DNA of 32,000 bases from Mucisphaera calidilacus (GTDB taxonomy: Bacteria; Planctomycetota; Phycisphaerae; Phycisphaerales; Phycisphaeraceae). Below are positions 25,201 to 32,000 of this stretch, piece by piece (the first letter of the stretch is position 1; the number at the start of each line of letters is the position of its first letter). The notes under the pieces are model-generated. The model was not told the origin of the DNA, ran no database searches, and saw nothing but the letters and a program-made list of their open reading frames with translations. The DNA lies in contig NZ_CP036280.1 in NCBI RefSeq assembly GCF_007748075.1, positions 210,001 through 242,000 of the forward strand, written 5' to 3'. A program made the translations under genes and the position numbers.

Positions 25201-25536
25201 CACGCCTGCGTTGTCGATCTCCCCCAAGACGGTCAGGTCGTCGAAGGTCATCGTGAACATGCCGCCGGGCGCGATGGTGATACCGCCAACCTCGCCTCCG
25301 CCGGCCACCGCCGCCACACCCGCCGGGAACGTCGCCGTGTCCGATCGCCTCGGGAAGACCTTGATGGTCCCAGGCGACGTCTCGTTCACCCAGTTGTCCG
25401 CGGTGTTCCAGGCCGTTCCCGCGCCGCCGACCCATGTAAACACGTCACCGGCAGCCTGAGCCGACATCGCAGCCGACAGAAGCGCCGCCATCGTGTAAGC
25501 CGAAGCCGAATACCCGCATACTCGGAATGCAAACAT
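22279..25536 (-). CDS. PEP-CTERM-anchored beta-helix-like repeat protein
   Basis: Signal peptide MFAFRVCGYSASAYTMAALLSAAMSAQAAG, from the ATG at 25536 (the track starts at a GTG at 25551). Six tandem repeats follow, and the C-terminus is IPEPAGLTILGLGCALLRRRGAA (PEP motif + TM + Arg-rich tail). Confidence 0.8.
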   Translation of the reverse strand: MFAFRVCGYSASAYTMAALLSAAMSAQAAGDVFTWVGGAGTAWNTADNWVNETSPGTIKVFPRRSDTATFPAGVAAVAGGGEVGGITIAPGGMFTMTFDDLTVLGEIDNAGVFAFQNHGFSNTERLSLNGPVTLTGGGEVLMTSSDAKISQLFGTGGLINTDNTIRGNGRITASVTNAGVIRAENGTLLLATTDNTGGAVQVASNGRLSLIGALSGGTLTGEGGKISGEAFRDLTVNGLLVVSLDDAKMAGAINNTGTITFQNSGFSNNEVLGVVEQVTLTGGGEFVLNSSEARIEPSSGSGEIVNVDNTLRGVGRISSAITNQGLIRAENGTLYIGTTDNTGGEVEIAGNGRLHLLGELSNGVIVGEPGGLIAGVGIRDVTTTGTVTVSSSDLGAAGTLNNTGLITFENSGFSNYENLGLHDQVTLTGGGTVILNSGDARITQASGTGGLVNIDNTIRTSGRGNLLVDVTNTGTVAIGGGSVLNLGGTLSGGTLDIEPGGLIIGGLIEDVTNVDTLTVSMDDRPVRGTLDNRGTIRFQNSGFANNEILGLHGQVTLTGNGEVIMTSADARINQVEGVGGLVNLNNTISGNGSINVPLVNHDTVIASGGRLILSETDNANGEVVIRDGARLRLGGSLVGGRLVSEGNVWIDGNGLEDVEMSGMFRVSIDELVVRNGITNTGVITYENSGFSNVEALWLDGQVTLDGGGAVILNSSDAWIAQFGETTGGLINIDNTIRIDGRGTIKADIDNRGVVEVPAGSLLDLSGTIRGGTLRIAPGGVIVGGLLEDFTLEGTMTVSISDRLIGGDIHNTGVITFENSGFANHEILYLNDTVMLTGGGEIVLSNHEAIIRKHPDAASGGILNRDNTIRGFGSLEVDIQNGGIVRAENGRLRASGNFIQTSGSIEVAPGAEFEFNGDSLETGSVVIEEEGTFDFNGDLLFTRRIEGDFDHDTGTFQPLGRTRGFVLGDYTQLSTEAELLISLYSYIQGLQVTGDLTLMGQLEFSGDYYNAVLGESYTFIHVDGLLTGTFDGLAEGALVTRFNGIDMFITYRGGDGNDVALYSIPEPAGLTILGLGCALLRRRGAA
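22780..25203 (-). repeat. six in-frame tandem coding repeats with periods of 146, 147, 130, 147 and 131 aa
   Basis: I used the anchor motif I(T/R)F(Q/E)NSGF(S/A)N ... VTLTGGGE ... DNTIRG. The GFSN/GFAN anchors fall at residues 124, 270, 417, 547, 694 and 825, numbered from the GTG at 25551. Confidence 0.75.
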
Positions 25537-25683
25537 ATCCAGATTCCTCACTCCAAAACTGATTAAATCGCTAGACGAGTACCCGCATCATACTACCTTA
25601 TGATTTAAACTCCACACCCTTTCCGCAATTTCTGCCAACCTCGGGTAAATACATGGCTCGCTCCTCGGCGGCACCCTGTAGCG

Positions 25684-25911
25684 TCACGGATCCGCCTCGT
25701 CCAGCACCTGCGTGAACACCGTCTGACCGCTCCGGAGCATCGCGCTCAGATAAGGCCGACACATCCCGCAGCAGGTCGATGCTCCCGTTCGCAGCGCCAG
25801 CTCATCGAGATTCAACCCGTCGCGCTCGGCCTGCGCAAGCAGGTCCGTAAACGCCTGACGCGTGCAGACACAGCGATCAATACAAATGGGGGGGCAGGAA
25901 TCAGGCATCAT
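25684..25911 (-). CDS. BFD-like [2Fe-2S]-binding domain protein
   Basis: 75 aa with the Cys pattern C-x-C ... TGASTCCGMCRPYL, typical of bacterioferritin-associated-ferredoxin-like domains. The start overlaps the stop of the upstream gene (TAATG). Confidence 0.7.
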   Translation of the reverse strand: MMPDSCPPICIDRCVCTRQAFTDLLAQAERDGLNLDELALRTGASTCCGMCRPYLSAMLRSGQTVFTQVLDEADP

Positions 25912-26681
25912 TACTTCAGGTCAAACAGCGAATTGTCCTCAGGCCCAAACCAGCCCAGACCGAGCTGCCGGTTCTGTTCCTCGGTGAAACCGTAGGCGCT
26001 GCCACGCGTGAAGGTCATGGACACACGCGTCATGTGGCCATCCAGCCAACCCGCGTTCGTACCACCCTGATGCCGGAAGTGAATCGACGGGCTTGCTTCC
26101 CATCCCGCCGCGTGAAAGGGGGGTTCCGCGAACGAATACTCCATCAACACCTCGCCATCCGTCGAGAAGGCCGTGTCGGTGAAATGCACGGTCCGCGTCG
26201 GATCCGCCGCCATGTCGATCCGGTTGGACGACTCCGAATAGAGCTCCTTGGGATCATCCGTGCCCAGGTAGTTGCGGTTGTAGCCATACCCGCCGCAGCT
26301 CGCCTCGAAGCCGGCGATCTCCGGCTCAAAGCTCGGGCACCGCTTGACGTCTACCGACTGAAAATAAGGAAAGAGCGGAGCACGAGCCGAGTCGAAAGGC
26401 TCGTCGATCGCGTCACGTTGACCGTGCCAGCGGTGCAGATTCTCCATGAACCGCGCCGCAGCAGGCACCAGGTGCTCGTCGTGGTCCGAGGCATAAGCGT
26501 GGTTCGCCAGCATCAGCTGCCGAAGGTTGCTCCCGCACACGACGCCCCGCGCCGACGACCGCGCCGCAGCAAGACTCGGCAGCACCAACGCCACCAGCAG
26601 GCCGATGATCGAGATGACCACCAGCAGCTCGATGAGCGTAAACGCCCTCTGCCTCACGCTGACTCGGATCGTGCTCCGCAT
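25911..26681 (-). CDS. prepilin-type N-terminal cleavage/methylation domain protein, DUF1559 / H-X9-DG family
   Basis: [26 protein letters not shown] (type IV pilin-like leader and methylation motif), and a C-terminal [12 protein letters not shown] that gives an exact H-X9-DG spacing. Confidence 0.9.
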   Translation of the reverse strand: MRSTIRVSVRQRAFTLIELLVVISIIGLLVALVLPSLAAARSSARGVVCGSNLRQLMLANHAYASDHDEHLVPAAARFMENLHRWHGQRDAIDEPFDSARAPLFPYFQSVDVKRCPSFEPEIAGFEASCGGYGYNRNYLGTDDPKELYSESSNRIDMAADPTRTVHFTDTAFSTDGEVLMEYSFAEPPFHAAGWEASPSIHFRHQGGTNAGWLDGHMTRVSMTFTRGSAYGFTEEQNRQLGLGWFGPEDNSLFDLK

Positions 26682-26688
26682 CCGTGGA

Positions 26689-27423
26689 TTACCGGCTCCT
26701 GCGTGTCACCGCAGCCAGGCCCACCAGCATCAGGCCGGCCAGCGACGAGGGCTCCGGAACGAGTTGAAGGTTGTCCAACGCGATGTACGTCGGCGTGTTG
26801 ATGCCGAACTCTCCCACGTCGGTCGAGCTGAACGACAACCCGATCGAACGCGCATCGCCCACCACCGTCAGGTCGATCGCCTGCCACGTGTCGAGGATGA
26901 ACAGGCCGTCGACAGCCGTGTAGGAACCCAGCGTGATCGCCGCGGTCGATCCGGTCAACGCACCCGTCCCGTTCGCGCCGCTGTAACCGTTGAGCGTGAC
27001 CGTGAACAGGTCGGTGCCCTGGGGATCGCTGCCGAAGGCCGTCGCGACGAGGTTGCCGTCACGCATCGCCAAAGCCGCATAGGTCGTGTTCGTGATCGAC
27101 GCCGACACCGCCGTCTGATCCGCCGGCAGGTTGATGTAGCCCCAGCCGCCGCTGGCAATCGCGTAGTTGCCGTCGCCCTCGACGTCCACACCGGTGTACG
27201 CCGCGTACTGGTTCAGGAACCCAGGCGTCGTCGTGTCGTTCACGTCCGAATACGTCCAGCCGAAATACTGCCCGCCGGTGAACGCAACACGCTTCGACAC
27301 GAAACCGGCTCCGCTCACGTAGTCCGGACCGGGCGTGATCAGTTCATCGAAATCGACAAGCACGTCGCCGCAGGCAACGCCGGCCATCAGGCCCAGAGCA
27401 GTCAGGGTGGTCAGGTGATTCAT
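26689..27423 (-). CDS. secreted PEP-CTERM protein (possibly DUF4465-like)
   Basis: GGAGAAAG RBS upstream of the ATG at 27423, signal peptide [19 protein letters not shown], and C-terminal [23 protein letters not shown]. The DUF4465 resemblance is weak recollection only. Confidence 0.75.
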   Translation of the reverse strand: MNHLTTLTALGLMAGVACGDVLVDFDELITPGPDYVSGAGFVSKRVAFTGGQYFGWTYSDVNDTTTPGFLNQYAAYTGVDVEGDGNYAIASGGWGYINLPADQTAVSASITNTTYAALAMRDGNLVATAFGSDPQGTDLFTVTLNGYSGANGTGALTGSTAAITLGSYTAVDGLFILDTWQAIDLTVVGDARSIGLSFSSTDVGEFGINTPTYIALDNLQLVPEPSSLAGLMLVGLAAVTRRSR

Positions 27424-27496
27424 GGTCTTTCTTTCTCCGATTCAATAAGGTTGAAAGCCGACCGCACACCGCGTGCGGCCGGCATCAAAACAACAC

Positions 27497-28738
27497 TCAG
27501 CGACGCGACGCGTCGACAACCAGCCCAAGCGACAGCAGCAACGCCACCGCCGGCTCGGGCACCGAAGATGCGCCGAAGCCGCTCGCCAGTAGCGAAAGAT
27601 CCAGCAGGTCGACCGTGCCGTCCGCGTTGAAATCGCCGTCGGCCCAGCCAGCCGAATCACCAAAACTCGATGCCAGACTCGACAGGTCCAGCAAGTCCAC
27701 GTGGTGGTCGAGGTTCGCGTCGCCGAACGACGTCCCGATCAGATCCGTCACCAGACGCTCCAGGTCCGACGCGTCGGTCTGGCGGTCGCCGGTGACATCG
27801 AAAGCCACGCCGCCGAATCCCGCGACCAACGTGTCGATATCCGCAGCCGTCACCACCCCGTCGCCGTCCACGTCACCCGCCACCGCGTCCGCCGCCGTCA
27901 GCAACGCAATACCGCCGACGCTGTAGCTCAGGTCAAAACCGCCCGAACCCACCGTCGGGTGAGCATCAAGAATCGGATTGCCCAGCGAATCGATGAAGTG
28001 CCCGTTGCCCGGGATATCCACCAGCCGCACGAAACGCACGCCCGCCAGGTCAAGCCCCGGCGAACCCGCGAGCTGAGCCAGATCAAAAGGCGTGCCCCAG
28101 TTGGTCGCGTGCTTGCCCGCGAGGTTGTACACGTTCGTCTCGTCCAGACCCGCGTACTGTGAGATGCCCTGCAGGTCCCCGGGCGTGTTGGTCGAGACCG
28201 CATCGAACCGCACGAAGTGCTCGCCGTCCGACGAGACCTCGACAAACGCCAACTCCGCGAAAAAACCGCCCGCGAACCCCGAGAAACCGTTCTCAAACAC
28301 CGCGAAATCAAAACCCGGCCCGTCAACCAGCGGGTGCGCCAGCTCGATGACCGCGCTGCCCGGATCGTCGTACCCGGTGAAGCCATACTCGTCATCCGTG
28401 TCTGTCACGTCCCCCGAGAAGGGCTGCGTCGCTCCGGAGAAGGGGGGTATCTGGCCCGTCGCCGGCGGATTCGCCGGGTCGTACAACTCGCCCAGCGAAC
28501 CGTAACCCGTCACCGGATCGCGGTAGCTGACACCCACGCCCGGAGCCGGGCTGTAGTCGATCAACACCCCGTTCCACGCCGTGATCCCGGGATCGCTCTT
28601 GGCCACAGGCGGGTCGAACGCGTTGCCCGGATCGTTCGAATTCGCCGAGTAAGGGCCCGCCAGGGCCGTGGCAGAAATAAGACCGAGGCCAACCGCCGCA
28701 GCGACGACCTCCCGGCTGCACCCGAGGTGCTCAAACAT
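27497..28738 (-). CDS. secreted protein with dockerin/EF-hand-like repeats and a PEP-CTERM anchor
   Basis: The ATG at 28738 is preceded by GAGAGAGG. Signal-like VVAAAVGLGLISATALAG. GDVDGDGVVTAADID, GDANLDHHVDLLDLSSLA and GDFNADGTVDLLDLSLLASGFG repeats. C-terminal VPEPAVALLLSLGLVVDASRR. The upstream 88 codons of ORF 27497..29002 are Arg/Ser-rich and I rejected them. Confidence 0.75.
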   Translation of the reverse strand: MFEHLGCSREVVAAAVGLGLISATALAGPYSANSNDPGNAFDPPVAKSDPGITAWNGVLIDYSPAPGVGVSYRDPVTGYGSLGELYDPANPPATGQIPPFSGATQPFSGDVTDTDDEYGFTGYDDPGSAVIELAHPLVDGPGFDFAVFENGFSGFAGGFFAELAFVEVSSDGEHFVRFDAVSTNTPGDLQGISQYAGLDETNVYNLAGKHATNWGTPFDLAQLAGSPGLDLAGVRFVRLVDIPGNGHFIDSLGNPILDAHPTVGSGGFDLSYSVGGIALLTAADAVAGDVDGDGVVTAADIDTLVAGFGGVAFDVTGDRQTDASDLERLVTDLIGTSFGDANLDHHVDLLDLSSLASSFGDSAGWADGDFNADGTVDLLDLSLLASGFGASSVPEPAVALLLSLGLVVDASRR

Positions 28739-29262
28739 GGGAAACCTCTCTCGGCCATACGCGGACCGACTCCCGAGGGATGATGGGGTCCGCGCGTGGT
28801 CCGGGAACGGCTGCGACGTCGGGAGAGCGAAGACAGACGATAAGCCCGGGCCGTCCAAAAACGCGAGGACATAAGCCCAAGCCTCGGGCAGGTCTTCCGG
28901 CTCAGGGCACCTGCTCCATCCGCCTTCCCGCGACGACCCGTTGCAGGCCGAAGCAGTGGCTCTGGATGAAGCCCGCCTCCCGATCGATCGTCGAGAGGCC
29001 ACCCATTACGGCGGCGCGTCCGCGGAGGAATGGCCGGAGTCTCGCTCCGACGCACCTCGCTTCCCTTTTCAGAACCCGTGTCGATCCGACATCAGGTCGC
29101 ACCTGAGGCAGAACCCAAAATACGCCCCCTCCCTTGCCCAGTCAATACCGGATGCACAACTCCCCTGATTTTCGCGCTCCGGACGCCCCCGGCACTTGCA
29201 ACAACCGCCCGTCGTGATACGCTGTTTGGCCCGACCGACGGGTCCGCCCCGACGTCAGCTAC

Positions 29263-29334
29263 GCGGGTGTAGCTCAGTGGTAGAGCGTCACGTTGCCAAC
29301 GTGAATGTCGTGAGTTCAAATCTCATCACCCGCT
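29263..29334 (+). tRNA. tRNA-Gly (anticodon GCC)
   Basis: Hand-folded cloverleaf:
- Acceptor stem GCGGGTG/CACCCGC.
- D-arm GCTC-AGTGGTA-GAGC.
- Anticodon stem TCACG/CGTGA with loop TTGCCAA.
- T-arm GTGAG-TTCAAAT-CTCAT.
- Discriminator T.
CCA is not encoded. Confidence 0.93.
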
Positions 29335-29335
29335 T
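29293..29335 (+). repeat. direct repeat copy 1 (att-like), the 3' part of tRNA-Gly
   Basis: The 43-nt string TTGCCAACGTGAATGTCGTGAGTTCAAATCTCATCACCCGCTT is identical to 31180-31222. Confidence 0.85.
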
Positions 29336-29343
29336 TCTCCTTG

Positions 29344-29379
29344 AACGCCCTTGGCAGCACGCCAGGGGCGTTTTCTCTT
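29344..29379 (+). terminator. rho-independent terminator candidate downstream of tRNA-Gly
   Basis: An 11-bp stem AACGCCCTTGG / CCAGGGGCGTT (one G-U pair) with loop CAGCACG, followed by TTTTCTCTT. Confidence 0.6.
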
Positions 29380-29660
29380 GCCCACGTCGCGAGTGAGAGC
29401 CAAGTCGCTGCAGCCGGCCGCCTACTCCCGGGGACCAACACACGCCAGCCTGTGCCACCGTCGGCCTGCCTTCCGGCACCCACTGCGGCACCATGACGCC
29501 CCAGCATGTCACCGTTCTTGGCACCGGTGACGTGATGTTTCGGCCGCGAATAGCGGTACGACCGAGTGGTCGGGTGACAGGCTGGAGCTCGCCACACGGG
29601 TGAACGCGGGCGGAAATGGACAGCGGGTTCTGTCGGTTCTGTCAGCGGGACGGGGAACGA

Positions 29661-30413
29661 TCAACTGGCAGCCAGAGGTGCTGGTGATGCCGCCAGAACG
29701 ATGCGGGTATTGCGTGCCCCTGGCTCGGGTTGACGCAGGGTGTAGCCCTCACGTTCCAGATCATCCAGCGCGTTCCGCACGGCGATGCGGTTGGCCGAGC
29801 ACTTCTCGGCCAAGGCGACCTCGGAATCGGCACTGCCGCCTGCCGTGTCGCATCGCAGCACCAGAAGGATCGAGCATCGCAGATCACCCTTACGGACGAT
29901 GCGGTCGAGGTAAGCCGGGTTCTGGTTGATGATCCACCGGGCCGGTCGAAGAGCATCAAGTTTCGGTGGTTCGTCCGGAAGCCACAGGTTCCACCGTGCG
30001 CCTTCGGAACAGGCATTGCGCTGAGCGATCTTCGTCAAGGCAGGCGAGTGGCGTTGCACGGCGAACAGGGGATACGGGGCATCGGCCGGTTGGCACACCT
30101 CGGCGGCGATCAGGAGTTCCCGAGATGCACCGTGCTTCACCGCCAGTGTGATGAACGCACCGAGCACGGGCTGATAATCCGCTTCGAGCTCTGTCTCTAC
30201 CAACCGCTTGAGTCGATGGCGAGCGATGAAGTTGCCGTATCGGCTCAACCAGGTGACGGCCATATAGAACAGGCGAGCGTTCTCCGCGGCCAGCTGCGCG
30301 GTGTCCAGCAACAGGCGCTCGAGGTCTGGCGTGGCGCGCGCGGGGCGGGAGCCGAACAGAACACCCGCCCGTGACCAGCGTGCGATCGTATTGTCGAGGT
30401 CAGCGTGGGGCAT
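29661..30413 (-). CDS. hypothetical protein with a C-terminal winged-helix (MarR/ArsR-like) DNA-binding region
   Basis: The ATG at 30413 (MPHADLDN...) overlaps the upstream gene's end by 14 nt. The C-terminal EVALAEKCSANRIAVRNALDDLEREGYTL looks like a wHTH recognition helix plus wing. The N-terminal 200 aa are unrecognised. Confidence 0.6.
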   Translation of the reverse strand: MPHADLDNTIARWSRAGVLFGSRPARATPDLERLLLDTAQLAAENARLFYMAVTWLSRYGNFIARHRLKRLVETELEADYQPVLGAFITLAVKHGASRELLIAAEVCQPADAPYPLFAVQRHSPALTKIAQRNACSEGARWNLWLPDEPPKLDALRPARWIINQNPAYLDRIVRKGDLRCSILLVLRCDTAGGSADSEVALAEKCSANRIAVRNALDDLEREGYTLRQPEPGARNTRIVLAASPAPLAAS

Positions 30414-30957
30414 CGCAGGGCTCCAGGTCATCGAGAATCGCGCGAGGGGCATCGTGGGTTTCACGCGTGAGCGACTCGGCATCGAGGCGGTCGAGATGCT
30501 CGCGCAGGAAGGCAATGTCGCCAGCGGTTGGCCGCATGGCGATGATGTCTTCGAGATCCTGCGGCCGTACCGGCGCACCCATGAGTTTCATGGCCATCAG
30601 GTCTCGGCGGCCAATGGCCAGTACCTCCAGCGACCCGAACCGGCCAACCGACTCACATCGCTTCCGCCAGCCGATCGGAAGCAGGTGGGCGTATATGCGG
30701 CTGTCGCGGTTAAGCCAGTCAGCGGGCAGACCACGCCTTTCGGCGACCTGCCGCGCGGCATCGTGAACAGATTCCCAGCCCGCATCGGGTTCACTGACGA
30801 TAACGTCGCAATCGTGGGTCACGCTCGTCGCCGGCAGGCCCGCAACGACCATGGCCGCCACAGCCCCGCCGAGGATGACGGTCACGCTGTTGCAGGCCGT
30901 CTCTGTCAGCAGGTTGCCGGTCTGTTGCAGAGCTGCGATGGCTTGGGTTCGATCCAT
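30400..30957 (-). CDS. nucleotidyltransferase-fold protein (DUF6036-like / minimal NTase)
   Basis: ATG at 30957 (MDRTQAIAAL...). ILGGAVAAMVVAGLPATSVTHDCDVIV fits the GG.A...G..R.T.D.D NTase pattern. LPIGWRKR...DLMAMKLMGAPVRPQDLEDI fits the C-terminal part of that family as I recall it. Confidence 0.6.
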   Translation of the reverse strand: MDRTQAIAALQQTGNLLTETACNSVTVILGGAVAAMVVAGLPATSVTHDCDVIVSEPDAGWESVHDAARQVAERRGLPADWLNRDSRIYAHLLPIGWRKRCESVGRFGSLEVLAIGRRDLMAMKLMGAPVRPQDLEDIIAMRPTAGDIAFLREHLDRLDAESLTRETHDAPRAILDDLEPCDAPR

Positions 30958-30971
30958 GGCCGCCTTAATGT

Positions 30972-30986
30972 GTATAGTGATACTAT
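30972..30986. promoter_or_regulatory. perfect 6-3-6 palindrome in an AT-rich patch, an operator/promoter candidate for the NTase-wHTH pair
   Basis: TATAGT-GAT-ACTATA lies 15-29 nt upstream of the NTase start codon (minus strand). It sits within GTATAGTGATACTATATATATT, one of the few AT-rich patches I noticed by eye in this GC-rich window. Confidence 0.35.
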
Positions 30987-31179
30987 ATATATTGGCTCGC
31001 GACTCGTCAACCTTCACTCCCGCAGCACCCCGCCCTGCAGGGCGGCGTAACGCAGGCAATTGTCGTCACTGTCAAGCCTTGTGAACGCCACGCCGACTCG
31101 TCGCCGTAGTCGGCACCGCGAGGGCCGAATTAGGAATAAGTGTCTATAAAACATACATTTGCATCCCTGATTCATCGTT

Positions 31180-31222
31180 TTGCCAACGTGAATGTCGTGA
31201 GTTCAAATCTCATCACCCGCTT
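31180..31222 (+). repeat. direct repeat copy 2 (att-like), a displaced tRNA-Gly 3' fragment
   Basis: An exact 43-nt copy of 29293-29335, running from the anticodon loop to 1 nt past the discriminator. No 5' half of a tRNA precedes it. Confidence 0.85.
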
Positions 31223-31234
31223 ACTTCACAAGAT

Positions 31235-31265
31235 CCCCGTTCAACGATTGTTGGGCGGGTTTTTT
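31235..31265 (+). terminator. rho-independent terminator candidate after the displaced tRNA fragment
   Basis: A 10-bp stem CCCGTTCAAC / GTTGGGCGGG (two G-U pairs) with loop GATT, followed by TTTTTT. Confidence 0.55.
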
Positions 31266-31419
31266 CTAGGCACACCTCAAGCGAAACCTGCATCGCGACA
31301 CTCAGCCACCGCCGGGATCGCCATCAAACAACCCGTTTCGACTCTGCTAGTCTCCAGATCCGCGGGCAAAATCGACGCTGCCCACCGTTTCCCCCGCCAC
31401 GCCGATTCGGGATAACCCA

Positions 31420-32000
31420 TGACCACCACGACGCCACAGACGCCTCGCGAGCGATTCATCGCTGGGCTCGAACGACGACCCTTCCCGGGCCTGATCCCCA
31501 CCTTCGAACTTGTCTTCTACCTCACCATGGAAGCCTTCGGACGGGTCCACCCGCTCCACCGCCACTTCGATCAGTGGATGCAGATGACGCCTCGCGAACG
31601 CGACCTCCACCGGCGCGATATGGCCGACGTCCTCATCCACACCGCCAACTACTACGGCCACGACGCCATCTTCCTCCACCCAAAACCGGAGACACTCGAC
31701 GAGACGCTCCGGCAGATCGACACGGTCCGAGCCATGACAGGCGACCGCTTCTTCCTCATCGCCCATGGCGACGCAACCCTCCCCATCCCCTCGGGAGCCG
31801 AGATGGAGTCGATGTCACTGCGGATGGCCGAGGAACCCGAAGCCGTCGAGTCCGAAGCTCAACGCAGCCTCGACCGGGCGCTGGAACGCGCCGACACACT
31901 GCGCGACCACGGCGGACTCGACGCACTCATGCTCTGCTCCGACTACTGCTTCAACTCAGGACCCTTCCTCCCGCTCCCCTGGTTCGACCGCTTCGTCACC
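31420..32000 (+). CDS. uroporphyrinogen decarboxylase (URO-D)-family-like protein, 5' part; it runs off the right edge
   Basis: Not in the ORF track. I translated it by hand from the ATG at 31420 with no stop to the window end. Third codon positions are strongly GC-biased. The N-terminal TPRERFIAGLERRPFPGLIPTFEL resembles the URO-D/MtaA-like family N-terminus. The product call is tentative. Confidence 0.45.

Larger units (their letters stand above)
29293..31222 (+). mobile_element. putative degenerate integrated islet at tRNA-Gly (about 1.9 kb, no integrase)
   Basis: It is bounded by the 43-nt direct repeats derived from the tRNA 3' end and carries two overlapping accessory-type genes. Each repeat copy is followed by its own hairpin plus T-tract terminator. 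Confidence 0.45.

Noticed and set aside
22624-27630. Plus-strand ORFs opposite the surface-protein genes: 22624..23184, 22655..23377, 23734..24837, 24950..25459, 26034..26801 and 26527..27630.
   Set aside because: They are mirror images of the repeat protein, the DUF1559 gene and the PEP-CTERM genes. They have Arg/Pro/Val-rich composition and no signal or start context.
29196-29223. A sigma70-like promoter for tRNA-Gly (TTGCAA-N16-TACGCT).
   Set aside because: It is plausible by spacing, but the -10 is poor. Promoter consensus for this lineage is not something I can assert, so I did not list it as a feature.
29380-29660. Possible integrase pseudogene remnant between the tRNA terminator and the wHTH gene. 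For example, a minus-frame ...TGAKNGDMLGRHG... is vaguely like a tyrosine recombinase C-terminus.
   Set aside because: The similarity is a few residues only, with no R..H..R..Y catalytic pattern recoverable. A tblastn or HMM search would be needed to support it.
1-32000. A check for CRISPR arrays, rRNA genes, IS elements with terminal inverted repeats, and transposases.
   Set aside because: I saw no regularly spaced short direct repeats, no rRNA-like conserved stretches and no transposase- or integrase-like translations in any frame. The only exact long DNA repeat I found is the 43-nt tRNA-derived pair.

Overview
No searches were run. All family names come from motif and pattern recognition in the supplied translations. 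The window is a visibly GC-rich bacterial chromosomal segment, and its gene content points to Planctomycetota. The pointers are an H-X9-DG (DUF1559-type) prepilin-like protein, three PEP-CTERM proteins, dockerin-like repeats and a LEPR-XLL-like N-terminus.

Layout:
- 1-7.3 kb: housekeeping genes. These are ftsK (runs off the left edge and is absent from the ORF track), dut, a Cof-type HAD phosphatase, ferredoxin-NADP reductase, holB and an AICARFT-only purH-like gene.
- 7.5-18.8 kb: the most interesting region. A 1415-aa exported-type multidomain protein has no hydrophobic signal peptide but carries an N-terminal LEDRVLLSA motif. It is followed on the same strand by a tightly coupled three-gene cassette and a convergent orphan HlyD adaptor. 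The cassette encodes a HlyD adaptor with a large cytoplasmic N-domain, a PqqD/RRE-like + M50 site-2 protease + HlyD fusion, and a C-terminally truncated SecA-like ATPase. No ABC/RND/MFS pump or TolC-like gene is present. I read this as a candidate undescribed peptide/protein processing and export system.
- 18.9-21.8 kb: ruvA and a trxB cluster with membrane proteins and a small Cys-terminal ORF.
- 22.3-28.7 kb: minus-strand cell-surface genes. These are two PEP-CTERM proteins, a DUF1559 pseudopilin-like protein translationally coupled to a BFD-like [2Fe-2S] protein, and a 1085-aa PEP-CTERM protein made of six tandem repeats of about 130/147 aa.
- 29.3-31.3 kb: tRNA-Gly(GCC), whose 3' 43 nt are duplicated exactly 1.9 kb downstream. 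The two copies bracket an integrase-less islet carrying an overlapping nucleotidyltransferase + wHTH gene pair.
- 31.4 kb to the end: a partial URO-D-like gene.

Most long ORFs in the six-frame track are Arg/Pro/Gly-rich antisense or off-frame shadows typical of high-GC DNA, and I rejected them.
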